A stretch of DNA of 63,528 bases, counting the filler, from Hyphochytrium catenoides (taxonomy: Eukaryota > Protista > Hyphochytriomycota), in NCBI GenBank assembly GCA_900088475.1. It is 5 parts of 5 records of this genome, joined end to end, with 100 filler letters (N's around TTAATTAATTAA, not from the genome) between each part and the next. Parts side by side here need not be neighbours in the genome. Positions count along the whole stretch, not along the records: positions 29,668 to 50,283 come from FLMG01003759.1; 4 more parts are not named here. The stretch is one strand, 5' to 3'. How positions within the stretch are numbered: position 1 is the first letter of the stretch; each line of letters begins with the position of its first letter. The notes below the pieces were generated by a model. It was given only the letters and a program-made list of their open reading frames with translations, had not been told where the DNA came from and searched no databases. The position numbers were made by a program, and so were the translations under genes. Shown one piece after another: positions 31,295 through 42,189 of this stretch.

Positions 31295-33949
31295 ATGATG
31301 CACTCTATCGTTCTCAACGTCCTAGTCTTGATGGTCTTATGGAGACAGACCATCGGTGAAGTCAGCTCGACATCCACCAAGTACACCATCCATTTTGGCA
31401 ACGCAGCGCTAGACTCTTTCATGAGTGGGTGCAGCTGCGAAATCGAGACTCCCGAGCTTGATAATGAACTGAGCTGCTGCAGACTAATCTGCGGTCTCAG
31501 GTTTGACGCTGAGGGAGGTCAATGCTTCACATACACGGCAGAAGACGGTACACGATCCCCCCGTTGTGGCTGCTATGGCAGCCGAAGTCCAGGACAAGGC
31601 GAGCCTGGAATAGAATCTCCCCAAGATAATTCCCCAAGCACTCAAGCACCCCTCTCACCTACTATTCCTACTCTTGCACCAACCGAGACTGTCGAGACCC
31701 TAACTCCCACTAGTACTCCAACAGGAGCCGACTCACCCGTTTCTACGCCATCAGAGGCCGATACCATCCACAATAGCCCCACCCCGGAGGCTTTCAACCT
31801 AGCTCCTACGAGCCCTCCAACAGCAGCTGGTCCCAGAGAAGACACTCTTCCTGGGCCCAGCGGCCCAACAGAGTCAGCTACCAGCCCTCAAACAGAAGCC
31901 ATCTCCACACCCGTTAGCATCAGCGCTCTAACGGAAGCTGACTCTCCGATTACCACCGGGACTCCAACAGACGCGTCCAATTCACCTCCTACCAGCGCTC
32001 CAGCGGGAGCTGACACCCACTTCCAAACCACCATTCCGCTTACCGCAGCTTCTACCACAGCACCAGCAGAAGCCGACACCACTGTAACAAGTACCCCAGC
32101 AGAAGCCAACTCTCCTGTTCACACCACCCCGCCATCAGATGCTTCACCTTCAGTTCCTATTAGTACTCCAACGGAGGCCGACACTGCTACCACCATCGCG
32201 CTAGAAGACCCTGTTCCCAGCAGCACTTCATCGGGTGCTTCCGCTGTGGCTCCCACCGGTGCCCACACAGAAACTGACTCTGCTCCTACTAGCATCCCAA
32301 CGCATGAGAGTCCTCCTGCCCAAACCAACGCTCCGTCAGACTCTTCAAATCTAGCTCCTACCGGCGTTCCTAAAGAAACTGACGTTCGAGTTTACACGGA
32401 CGCCCCCTCGAAGTCTTCTAACATAGCTCCTCCGGGCACTCCCGTAGGAGGTGACACCTTCCCTAGCAGCGGCGCTCCTTCGGAAACATCAACGTTAGCG
32501 CCCACAACGACCTCAACAGAGGTGGGTAACCCTCCTGCCGTCAGCACTACATCCGAAACTCCGACAGTTCCCGCAGTCGCTGAAACAGTAGCTCCCACCA
32601 ATGCTTCAATAGACCCTGTATCATTGGCACCCATCAGCGCTCCATCAGAAAATGCCAATCCAGTGCCCACAGAGGCAGGACTGGAAGCTGAGGCACCTAT
32701 GGCGACAGTGGCTCCCAAAGAAGCAGACAACCTAGCTCCTACAGATGCTTCCGCGGATGCGGGAACTCTATCCCTAAGCCCTTCAACAGAATCTGATACT
32801 GCCTCCGCAGAAGCTGCCAGCCCAATCCCCACCAGTGTTCGATCAGAGGTCGATACTCTTCCTCCTACAGAAGTAGATAAAGAAGCCGAGACACTTAACC
32901 CAACAAATGTTTCCCAAGAAGCGGACACTCTAGCTCCTACCAAGGCTCCAGCAGATCCTGTAACCCTGTCCCCTAGCCCTTCTTCGAATGATTCTGATAA
33001 TCTTCCCTCCACCATAGTTCCGGCCGAAGCTGACGTCGCAACTCCAACCAGAACTCCATCTGAAATTGACCTTCCTGCCCCTACACCAAACGACACAGAG
33101 GCCGAGACACGTATGCCCACCGGCGTCTCCGACGAATTGGACACTCTGTCTCCTAGCGATGGTCCAGCGACGGCCGAAACTCTTCCACCTACCGCTCTTC
33201 CCACAAAATCTGCTATTCCATCCCCCTCCGACGAGGAAATGGACACTGTGGCTCCTACAGACGCAAATATTGAAGCTGAAACACTTATGCCTACCAATGC
33301 TCCCATCCAAGCGGACACTCTAGAACCGACGGATGCTCTAACAGATGCTAAAAGTCTTCACCCAAGTACCGCTCCGACAAGTTCTGTTACCCCAACTGCC
33401 ACCGGTGCTCCAACAGGATCGCAGAGTTATACTCCCAGCAGCCCTCCAGCAGAAGCCATTCCCACGGAAGTTTATGCCCCTCCTCCTTCCATGCCGACAG
33501 AAGCTCAGACTTTGGTGCCCACCCTTGCTGCAGTCCCAAGCGAAAACCAAAACCCTTCATCCACGTCCCAGCCAGAAGCGGAGAATCTGTCGGCGCCAAC
33601 AATTGTGCCAACACAAGCTGACAATGCAGCTTCTAGCCATCATCAGACGGAAGCTGCCACCACAAGTGCCCCAACAGAAGCCGCCACGGGGCAACAAACA
33701 CAACGTCCTGTCGAAGCTGGCAGTGAAAGCCCGACTGAAGGCCCTGATATTCCCGAGGAGGATGGTTCCTGGGATGAAGACTGGGAATGGGGTTGGTGGG
33801 ACGGCGAGAAATGGCTGACGGAGGAGGAGCTCATCAAGTACGGAATTGATCCTAATGCCTCCTACCCTGACGGCGCCGTGGTCATCAAACCGGTTCGAAA
33901 GCTCATGAGACAGTTGAAGCGCCGATCGCGGGCCCTTCGAGGTTTTTAA
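31295..33949 (+). CDS. Secreted mucin-like protein with an N-terminal 8-Cys domain and a Trp/acidic C-terminal tail
   Basis: Intronless 884-aa ORF: signal peptide, Cys domain at aa 46-93, about 700 aa of P/T/S/A/E-rich degenerate (E)AD(T)LAPT repeats, then WDEDWEWGWWDGEKW...RRSRALRGF. Confidence 0.88.
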   Translation: MMHSIVLNVLVLMVLWRQTIGEVSSTSTKYTIHFGNAALDSFMSGCSCEIETPELDNELSCCRLICGLRFDAEGGQCFTYTAEDGTRSPRCGCYGSRSPGQGEPGIESPQDNSPSTQAPLSPTIPTLAPTETVETLTPTSTPTGADSPVSTPSEADTIHNSPTPEAFNLAPTSPPTAAGPREDTLPGPSGPTESATSPQTEAISTPVSISALTEADSPITTGTPTDASNSPPTSAPAGADTHFQTTIPLTAASTTAPAEADTTVTSTPAEANSPVHTTPPSDASPSVPISTPTEADTATTIALEDPVPSSTSSGASAVAPTGAHTETDSAPTSIPTHESPPAQTNAPSDSSNLAPTGVPKETDVRVYTDAPSKSSNIAPPGTPVGGDTFPSSGAPSETSTLAPTTTSTEVGNPPAVSTTSETPTVPAVAETVAPTNASIDPVSLAPISAPSENANPVPTEAGLEAEAPMATVAPKEADNLAPTDASADAGTLSLSPSTESDTASAEAASPIPTSVRSEVDTLPPTEVDKEAETLNPTNVSQEADTLAPTKAPADPVTLSPSPSSNDSDNLPSTIVPAEADVATPTRTPSEIDLPAPTPNDTEAETRMPTGVSDELDTLSPSDGPATAETLPPTALPTKSAIPSPSDEEMDTVAPTDANIEAETLMPTNAPIQADTLEPTDALTDAKSLHPSTAPTSSVTPTATGAPTGSQSYTPSSPPAEAIPTEVYAPPPSMPTEAQTLVPTLAAVPSENQNPSSTSQPEAENLSAPTIVPTQADNAASSHHQTEAATTSAPTEAATGQQTQRPVEAGSESPTEGPDIPEEDGSWDEDWEWGWWDGEKWLTEEELIKYGIDPNASYPDGAVVIKPVRKLMRQLKRRSRALRGF

Positions 33950-34972
33950 CCGAACCGCCCGTCCTAGAGTGTTTTCCAGGTAGAAAACAATTCCAGGGAA
34001 TACGAATAAAGAAGATAGACTCTTTCCAGGACTGAGGTAGAAGAGTCAGCAAGGGCGGGAGGGGTCCTAGTGCCTGCTGACTTCCAGCACCCATTCAAGC
34101 CAACTTAGTAATACCACGAATATTCCCCTTCCAATAATGGCCCCATTCTGCTGCTAGCGTCACCCTACGAATAATAAGCACGTTGGTGAATGGTCCTAAG
34201 TACTCGCTGCTCGATATGGTTCGTTTACTCTATTCAGTACGGAGCTTAAAGCTTCTAGACCCCTTGATCGACGTGTGTTCCAGCTGTAACCGCGGACCGC
34301 TATAAACTATACTTTCTGCCCAGATCTCCAGCTAAAGGAAAGACGCTGACGGACACAGTCCGTCCATAACGCGGACATGTGTACCAAGGTTTCAAGGTGC
34401 TGGGCAAATGTCTATGATGACATGGACGGCGATGGACTCACCGTCTCCCTTCCAGTACTCTCCTTCCCACGACTGTCAAACCTCCATCGTGAGAAGCTGG
34501 TGCTGTGACGGTTCGTTATCGGCACAACAGAAGTCACATTCGGAATGTAATGGAAAGTGAATGAAAGTGTGGGAACGTACAATGAGAAGGGCTGGAGCGC
34601 GTTGACTATATTCCCGATCGAGCCTAATCTCGTAGCAGGTCAGAAGAACACAATCATCGCGTGGAACAAAAGAGTTGGTTCTGGCGTCTGATCCAGAAAG
34701 AAAGACCAGGGTGGTTTGGTCCTCCTCCTTTCAATGCACTGATGGCTCCAGACTCTAAAAGATTGTCACTTATGATCTCCTCATCAGCTCCTCGGTTAAT
34801 CGGTCAGTGCGCCTCGAGACGGGTCAGCAAGATATTCTTCCGTGAACTTCGTAGAACAGATCATCTTGATCATGTTGCGGGAGTTACGACGTCAAGGTTG
34901 ACACTAACCAAGCATTGGCTGCAGTAGAGGTCATTTGGTGATCATAGGCTCTAATCTGATTCTAAGGAGACT

Positions 34973-36335
34973 ATGGCCGCCGCCCCGCTACCTCAAAGCG
35001 CAATTCAAGGAGAAGAGGCTCCAACCTTTCTAGAAAACTGCACCGCGAAGGGCCTCTCGGATAGTGATACAGAGCCCGAACCCGATATTGAGGAAGGGTC
35101 AGCGGTTAACAAAGAGACGTCAGCAGAGGTTGGCAGGGCTTAGATGTGCTTTTTGGGATATCGCCGTCTCTTAGTCAAGGCTGATTAGTTGCTGACGCTA
35201 GGTTGCTAGACGAAGGAATGGGTTTCAGCGTCCTTTCTCGTGGGATCAGATCTTCTCATGGACGGTACATGTCGCTGCATATGCGGTAAGTGTATGACCG
35301 TTTACTTGCTTTCCGCAAGAGAAAAATGTAATGGCGGCCGTTTGTACCACAAGATGTTTTACGGAGCGTGGGGTTTCTACCTAGTCACAAGTGACCAGGG
35401 TACGGACCAAGAAGACTCATGGTCGGAGAAGACGGTAAGGGCTAGTAACCTCTATAAATCCCATCGAAGTGGTTACGGTAGTATCTGGGAGCAGGTCTCA
35501 TGGGCTCTAAGGATCATTCTGGTCCTCCAAGTGGTTGTCTGCGTGGCTTGGTATATGTGTGAGGCAATAGATCCAGGAGAACAAGTGAGTGGAAGTGCTA
35601 CTCCCAGTTGTTTCTATAGTTAACGTTCTTGCATCAAGCCTCAACCTAACTCTTGGGCTGTCCTTCGTGGGTCCCGCCGATGGGACGGCTCGCGATATTG
35701 CGCAGTATGTCGTAAGAAAATTCTCGGTATGGACCATCATTGCGCATGGTAGGAGGATTTAAAACTCAGTTTGTTAAGGTTCATTGCCAGCATGGGTCTG
35801 AACCTTTGCTTAATCAGGTTGCAATCATGCGTCGGTAGTAAGAACTATGTGCACTTCCTCGTCCTGGTTACCGCCGGTAGGTTTCCGGCAGGGCGTATGC
35901 TAGCCAGCCCTTCACGTCTTTCCTGCAGGTAGTGTGCAGTTTACTCTAATGACTGGTGTTGTCGCGCTATATCTGGTCCATATTTGGTCCGACAAGGACC
36001 CCGATGGTGATTCGGGAATGTTGCTGGTAAGCTCTTGGAGGGGTGTCTAGACGCAACATCACTGGCTAAAGTCTGGTCTCTGCAGCTCTTTGTGGGGAGT
36101 CAGCTGGTACTGTTGGTCCCCGTCACGCTATTTTATGCCACCCTCCTCGGCTTCCATATCTATCTATTTACTCAGGTATTAGTGCTATCCCAATCAAACC
36201 TTGAAGACATTGCACTCGAGCTCATGCGGGGTTAATCCTCACGGATAGGGAATAGGTACGTTTGATTATATTCTGCGTCGCCGTCGGCAACGGCGCTTGA
36301 GTCGATCGCAGCATAAGGATCGAGCAATAAAATAG
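34973..36335 (+). CDS. DHHC palmitoyltransferase (S-acyltransferase), multi-exon
   Basis: Spliced RRNGFQRPFSWDQI, TM helices, AIDPG, SRYCAVCRKKILGMDHHCAW|LQSCVGSKNYVHFL, LLGFHIYL, GIGTFDYI. Confidence 0.92.
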
Positions 36336-36505
36336 TGAGCTCTTAAAGCAGCACAGGAGGGGAGACAAAGGTCATATGAGGATGATTGTGGCAACTTGAA
36401 GGATCGTGACCACCATGAGCTAGACGTTTAAGAGCCTCGGCATCTACACCATTTTTCGTTCAGTAGGAGCTACCATCAAGGGTCCACACCATCTCAAGCA
36501 GATGG

Positions 36506-36580
36506 TATCTCCACCCTAGAGACTCCTTGCTATCTCCACCCTAGAGACTCCTTGCTATCTCCACCCTAGAGACTCCTTGC
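36506..36580. repeat. Perfect tandem repeat, 3 x 25 bp (TATCTCCACCCTAGAGACTCCTTGC)
   Basis: Copies start at 36506, 36531 and 36556 with no spacers. Confidence 0.97.
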
Positions 36581-38498
36581 TTACTTAAGCTTTAAGTAGT
36601 CCATTGTGGTTTGATCCAATGGTAGACGGCTCCGGGTGCCTATCGAGGGGGATCCAAGCCTAGTAGTGCTCGCTGGGAAGAAACCAGGGCTTTTCTTTGG
36701 GCTTGTAATGCCTCTCTTTATACTTTTGCAAGGGCTAGTGAGAGGTCTGACAGCTTGTGGCGACGGTTGCCGGGGCGGGAAAAGATGATCTTGCAGCACT
36801 GTAAGCGCATGCTCGCTACTTAGAACCTTCTCCATTAGGGAAAGGCGTTCTGCTGCTGTCGCATCTCTCACAACGTCTGTGTTTGGAGAGCATTCGAAGA
36901 GAAATAGACTAGGTTAGTGGCTAGATATTTGGCAAAAGCCATTGCTACCCAATGACCGACCTATCGAAAGCTCAGCTTCGGACTCTTGAGTAGGGGAGGT
37001 TCTGCCGGCGCTTTTCCGTTGTCGGATATTGTGTCTTAGATCCTAATGAGGTTTGGTCACAAAGCCTTCTACATAGCAAATTTCTTTAAGAAAACACTGA
37101 CCTCTACGCTTTGCATAAATAGTTCGTGGAGTGCGGACTGCTGAATAGAGCTCCTAAGCGAAGATTCCCGGAGCAGGTGCGAATCCTTCCTCGCTATGGC
37201 CAACTCCTTTCTAAGTGAACGAACTTCTTTCTTCAATTGGCTAACTTCTGCTGCATCCTCGCTGCGGGAGGAAAAGAGATACGTATCAAGCGCGATTGGT
37301 TGTCCCTTCGTCTGATACATACCCTGAAAGCTTCGCTTCCTTATTGTCGTCAATGATAGTGGGAGGGTCAAACGACCCACCGGGTTGAGAGGGATCCAGA
37401 TTCTTACCCTCTATGTCGGATGGCGTACTACACGCACTCGGGCAGGAGATGATGAGTCTGCCCTCCAACTCTAGGACAAAGGATCAGCTTCGTAATTGAA
37501 TTGCTCTCTTACACCGTTCCTTCCCTTACCTGCGCGAAGTAGGTTGTTCTGCTTCTTGCATTGCTTCAACTGCTTTTCCAGCCAGTTTCTATCATCTTGC
37601 AGACTTGCGAACTGTTCCTTGAGCCGCTTGAGTTCCTTCAGTTCGTTCGCGGCTTGGATATCCAATCTTATAGCCTCGCGCTTGTACCTACAAAATATGA
37701 AGGAACTAAGTGTTCTGCTGAGAAATCTGAATAGCTCCTCAGCTGACCATTCTTTCTCCTCTTCTAACTTCATTATCCTCTCGCTGTTCTGTGACGATCT
37801 CCGCGCTTCGTCTAGCTGTTCTTTGAGCTGCTGGAGCTCCTGCTGTACGCTGCACGTGGGGTGGGTCAGAGTTTTTACGCTCAGGTCAGTACCAGCCATT
37901 TTATCTTATCACGTACCCATACATATGCGACCTATAGGCCGCCAAAAATTCTTTCTCTTGCTTTGACAGTACACCAGCTATCTGCTCGGAAGAAACGACG
38001 CTATGTGACGCGACCCTGCCACATGTTACGCAATTTATTGACCAGATACCTTGTCTGACAGATTCCCAACTATCTCCTTAAGCTTTCCAAAGTTCTCTCT
38101 CACTGTAATCATCCTACATGAAGCCCTTTGTGAGTGTCACGAGCATTGCCCTCATATGACCAAAACTGGCTTACTCATTGGGTTCCTCTATCTGGACAAT
38201 CTGGCTTCCTTGCACGGGGCTGCTGGTGGTTGTCATCGTGGCGCTCCGAGACATTGGGATACTCGATACTCGACGCTTCGCAGGCACCGCTGACTCTGGT
38301 TTCGAAGAGGGCGAAGGGACTCCATCCCCTGAAGTCACAGATGGACTCCCGGCAGGTAGTGGCTCGACGGCAGGAATGTCGTCAGCATTTGTGATCCCCG
38401 CTTGTGTGTCCGTCTGCGAGCAGGAACGTCACGTCAGTGGTCTTGCAGAGGCCGGGGGTCAGACAGATCAAAGTACTACTTACTGTTGGAGTGTCCAT
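36581..38498 (-). CDS. Coiled-coil protein of unknown function, multi-exon
   Basis: Phase-consistent exons MDTPT|TDTQ..., VLSKQEKEFLAAYRSHMYG|VQQELQQLKEQLDE..KLEEEKEW|YKREAIRLD..DRNWLEKQLK, ending ERLSLMEKVLSSEHALTVLQDHLFP...YLKLK*. Confidence 0.75.
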
Positions 38499-39006
38499 CC
38501 TCTTGGTGGCGTGACTTTGTGCCCACCCACTATTCCTCTGCTATCAGACGCTTCCGGCCAACTGCAGCGCCTTCGACGACTGGGGCCGTCTTTAGTTCAT
38601 TAGGGCATCACTGCGAGACCTCAGTAGATAGAGATCTTGGAGTCGATCATGTCAGGTTTCATATTATCCGCCAGCAGGAGCTGCTGCTGGAGCTCGCTCG
38701 TCTTCATATGCCAATGGAGTGTGCATGCGAGCTCGCACTCGCCATAGGCTAGGCGAGGATTGGGGTTTGGTGGTTACAGTCCACAGTACGGTCGTTAGCG
38801 GCTAGTGATGCCTCTTTGCTAAAAGATCAAGAACAATCTTCAGTTACCGGCAGGTCCATCAGGTGATCAGGTGGTTGTAGCTCCTGGGGGTCTTGCATCG
38901 CTGTTCACCCGCGCAGCTACCAGTATATTTAGTCCTCCTTCCTCAACGAGGTTGCGTCAGATTTTATAACAGAAGCTTCAAAGAGCTTCATCACCGGGAG
39001 CTCAGA

Positions 39007-39086
39007 ACTAATCTCCATCTGAAGCCCAGAACTTTCATTGAGAAGACTAATCTCCATTTGAAGCCCAGAACTATATCATTGAGAAG
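39007..39086. repeat. Imperfect tandem duplication of a ~40-bp unit in a divergent intergenic region
   Basis: ACTAATCTCCAT(C/T)TGAAGCCCAGAACT..TCATTGAGAAG at 39007 and 39046. Confidence 0.85.
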
Positions 39087-39375
39087 GGCCTGCTGCACCC
39101 TACAAGCCGCTATCTTTTTTTTACACTTGGCTCTGTCTCAACAAAGGCCCCCAAAATGGCGCCTATAGCGGGCTCGGCCTGTGAAAGTGTGGAGTCTGAC
39201 TAGTGGAATAGCTTAATCTGATGACAGGGGCCTACGAGGATTGTTGGTAAAGCGGACGACTCTGTCCTCGCAGAGAAAGAAAGCAAGTAATAGCAGACTT
39301 GGATAGTCTAACGGATGAGTCACTGGGTCGTGCTCACACTTTAGACAGGGCGGAGGTTGGGGCTCTTACACTTCA

Positions 39376-41243
39376 ATGTCATCAAGGTGGATCAACGTTC
39401 AGGTAAAGGTCGTAGGCAATAGCTTCCTCTACACTCAAGCTTACACTCTCCTTTAAGGGAAGGTCTAGACTCAAGCGACGACGGTCCCCCAACAGTGACG
39501 AGGAAGGAGAACGCCAGGAGACCGCGAGCAGCTCTTCATTCTTAGAACGAGAGTTTCGAGATGCTGATCAGAATACCTTCTCTGTGGAAGATGCTGTTGC
39601 ACGAACTAGTGGCAAGGAGTCTTCCTCTGGCTCTACTAGGACCTTCTCCGGCCATGGGTCTAGCAGATATTCTGCCGCAGCGGCGCCACTAATCCCTCTA
39701 GGGCAGAACAGCAATAGAAGTAGATCCATTGCAGGAGCTATTACTGCGGTAACGAGTGGGCGATATGGCGCACACGTTCCAGCAGCAAATCGCAGCTACA
39801 TAGTACCAAGCGATGACGAGGAGGACGCGAGAGCGTTCTTTGCAGAGATTGAGAACTTTGAGCGTGAGCACACTGGGGGCCAAATTGCTGATCACGCCGC
39901 TGAAACAGCGCGATCTCTAAGTAACAATGGGCCAGATAGGAGTGTCTCAAGTTTAGGCTCTGAGGATGGTGTGGCCCACCTCGCTAGGCAACTATACTTG
40001 GTTGAGGAACAGAACGTAGAGGCCGCAGATGTATCAGGAGGGACCAGGTCTCCATCAGCCGCATCAGAAAGCTCTTCTACAACCGTTCCTCTACTTGAGT
40101 CGGACGAGGATGTGGAAGTGGTTGATTTAAGCAGCACCCCGGCAAGTCATCACAGAAATCGACGGCGGCGTCAGGAAGGAAGAGGGATGGATGTTATCTC
40201 CCTAGATGATCAGAGCCAAGATTCTCCAAGCGTGATTGCTGTCCGTAGACTTTACTCATCCCCTCAGGCACTGCCAAATGTAAGTCAGGGTTGGACGACT
40301 GCCCGGCAAGTGGTAACGAGCACAAGGGGCTCATCGGGAGGGCGAGCTGCAGTCGCGCAAAACGGAACAAGAGCAGGACCGAGGCACACAGGTAGCACTC
40401 TAACTGAGGATGAAAGATTAGCAAGGAGACTCCAAGACGAGGAGCAATCCCGGGCAGCCCTGGAGTTTCTACACCACACAGTTGATCCAACCGAGGACTC
40501 TGATCTATATATGGCGATCGAAGCCTCCCTTGGACGACTTCCAACCCCGAGTCAAGGTATTGGGGTAGAGTTATGCTCTGTGCGAGCATCTGTTGGTCCA
40601 TTTACCTGCTGTGTTACTCGCTTTAGGGCATGGAAGGGGGCCTCAAGGCAGAGGTCGGGGCCGAGACACAAGTGGATATGCTAGAGGAAGAGGTGCTCGT
40701 GGTGCCAGAGGAAGAGGCAGAGGACGTCTTGGCAGCCCTGGCTTTCGCTATCCTAATGGCTACATTCCAGCGTCGTTGACAGGAAGGTTGCCTCAATCGC
40801 TGCTAATGGCTGGTGACCGAGACTTTACCCCTGAAGACTACGAGATGCTGTTGCAGTTGGACGAGCAGAGGTAAGTAGTCCTCTGCTCCCTGTTTAGTGT
40901 ATGATATTAAGCACTCCCGTGTTTAGTCCCAAGGTGACTGGCGCAGATGAGATTCTAATAAGCACCCTTCCCATCCACACCATATCGGAAGCAGAGGTAA
41001 GTCCTTGTGTGACAACTGTCTGCATCGATTGAATATCATGGGCTGACACGTGAATGGTTTTAGATGGCGAAGTCAGCAGCAGAAGATCGGACTTGCTGCA
41101 TTTGCATGGACGACATGGGTGTAGGACAACGAGTTCGTCGGCTGCCCTGCTTTCACAAGTTTCACGTCGACTGTATTGACAGCTGGCTGCGTGTGAACAA
41201 AGTGTGCCCCATTGACAAGAAGCCTGTAGATGCCAGTCTCTAA
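39376..41243 (+). CDS. RING-H2 E3 ubiquitin ligase with SIM-like motifs, MIU, UIM and RG box
   Basis: C-terminal CCICMDD..RRLPCFHKFHVDCIDSWLRVNKVCPID preceded by DFTPEDYEMLLQLDE. Upstream EDERLARRLQDEE (MIU), EDSDLYMAIEASL (UIM), VEVVDL and VISLDD (SIM-like), RGRG repeats. Confidence 0.9.
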
Positions 41244-42189
41244 TCGGTGTAGCTACAAGCCTTATTTATTACTAAGTTGACGGTCAGTAGCGTGTCGTAA
41301 CGGTGCCCAGTACCTTTATTTTGCTGAAGTCACCCAGAGCCCTACTTTTTATGAGCAATACAACCAGGATGACCTGATGCTACAATTAACTGTAGTACCG
41401 AGACTGTACGATGCGAAGGTAGTACTGGGATTCTCGGACAAGCATTATCATTCAAACTGCAGTATGATAAGATGAAGCTTGTATGATACCCTCGGCTTTG
41501 GTAACATCTTGCATGCTTTTCCCTCCTACTATGCACACACTTGCTTCCACTTGGTGGCGATCAGGTGCAGTGGTTCAGGATGTCTGCTAGCGTCACTCAG
41601 ACACAGAAGCTCTAGACTGGAGACTACTGACCAAGATAATGAGAAGGCTGAGAAGCCAAGGCTCTGCCTAGTACGGCGCGACATCAATAGAAGTACAAAG
41701 TGGCTGTCCCCACTGCTTGATGGATTGGGAGGATGGCGCTGGTGGTTCTTATCACTTATCACTGATGTAACGGAGGAGGGAGCCGCTAACGTCCACTGAA
41801 GAGTGCTTGAAGTTTACAGTACCCTGTTCAGAACATGCCTTTTGGAGGTAAGCCTCTTTAAAGGCGCCCCTCTGTGAGTGAGGCTTCAAGATGACCAACC
41901 TGCACGAAATGTGATAATTGACCCTACTCTCGTCAGAATCTTCACGTGGAAGTGAAGTGACATATCTTCCCTGCCTTTGTCTCTTCAGTGCCCTTGTGAG
42001 CAAGCTTCACATCCGCAAGCTGCACTCACTTTCTCATTGCCATGCAGGCTGAAGCTTGACTTCTTCTACCTCCAGCCACGGGCTTGCTTGATTCGATTAG
42101 GGCCGAGCAATTTCTCCGTTCCACGGGTCATCCCATAGAAAGCATCTCCTAGTGCAGAAGAGTGGGACCGTTGGAGACTATCCACAGCG

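Noticed and set aside
31642-33837. Antisense and alternate-frame ORFs over the mucin, including the 308-aa one
   Set aside because: Shadow ORFs caused by the mucin's biased codon content.
34348-34364. Perfect hairpin GACGGAC-ACA-GTCCGTC
   Set aside because: A 7-bp stem is expected by chance in 63 kb and has no associated element ends.
36506-36580. 25-bp repeats as a CRISPR array
   Set aside because: The copies are head-to-tail with no spacers, there are no cas genes, and the context is eukaryotic.
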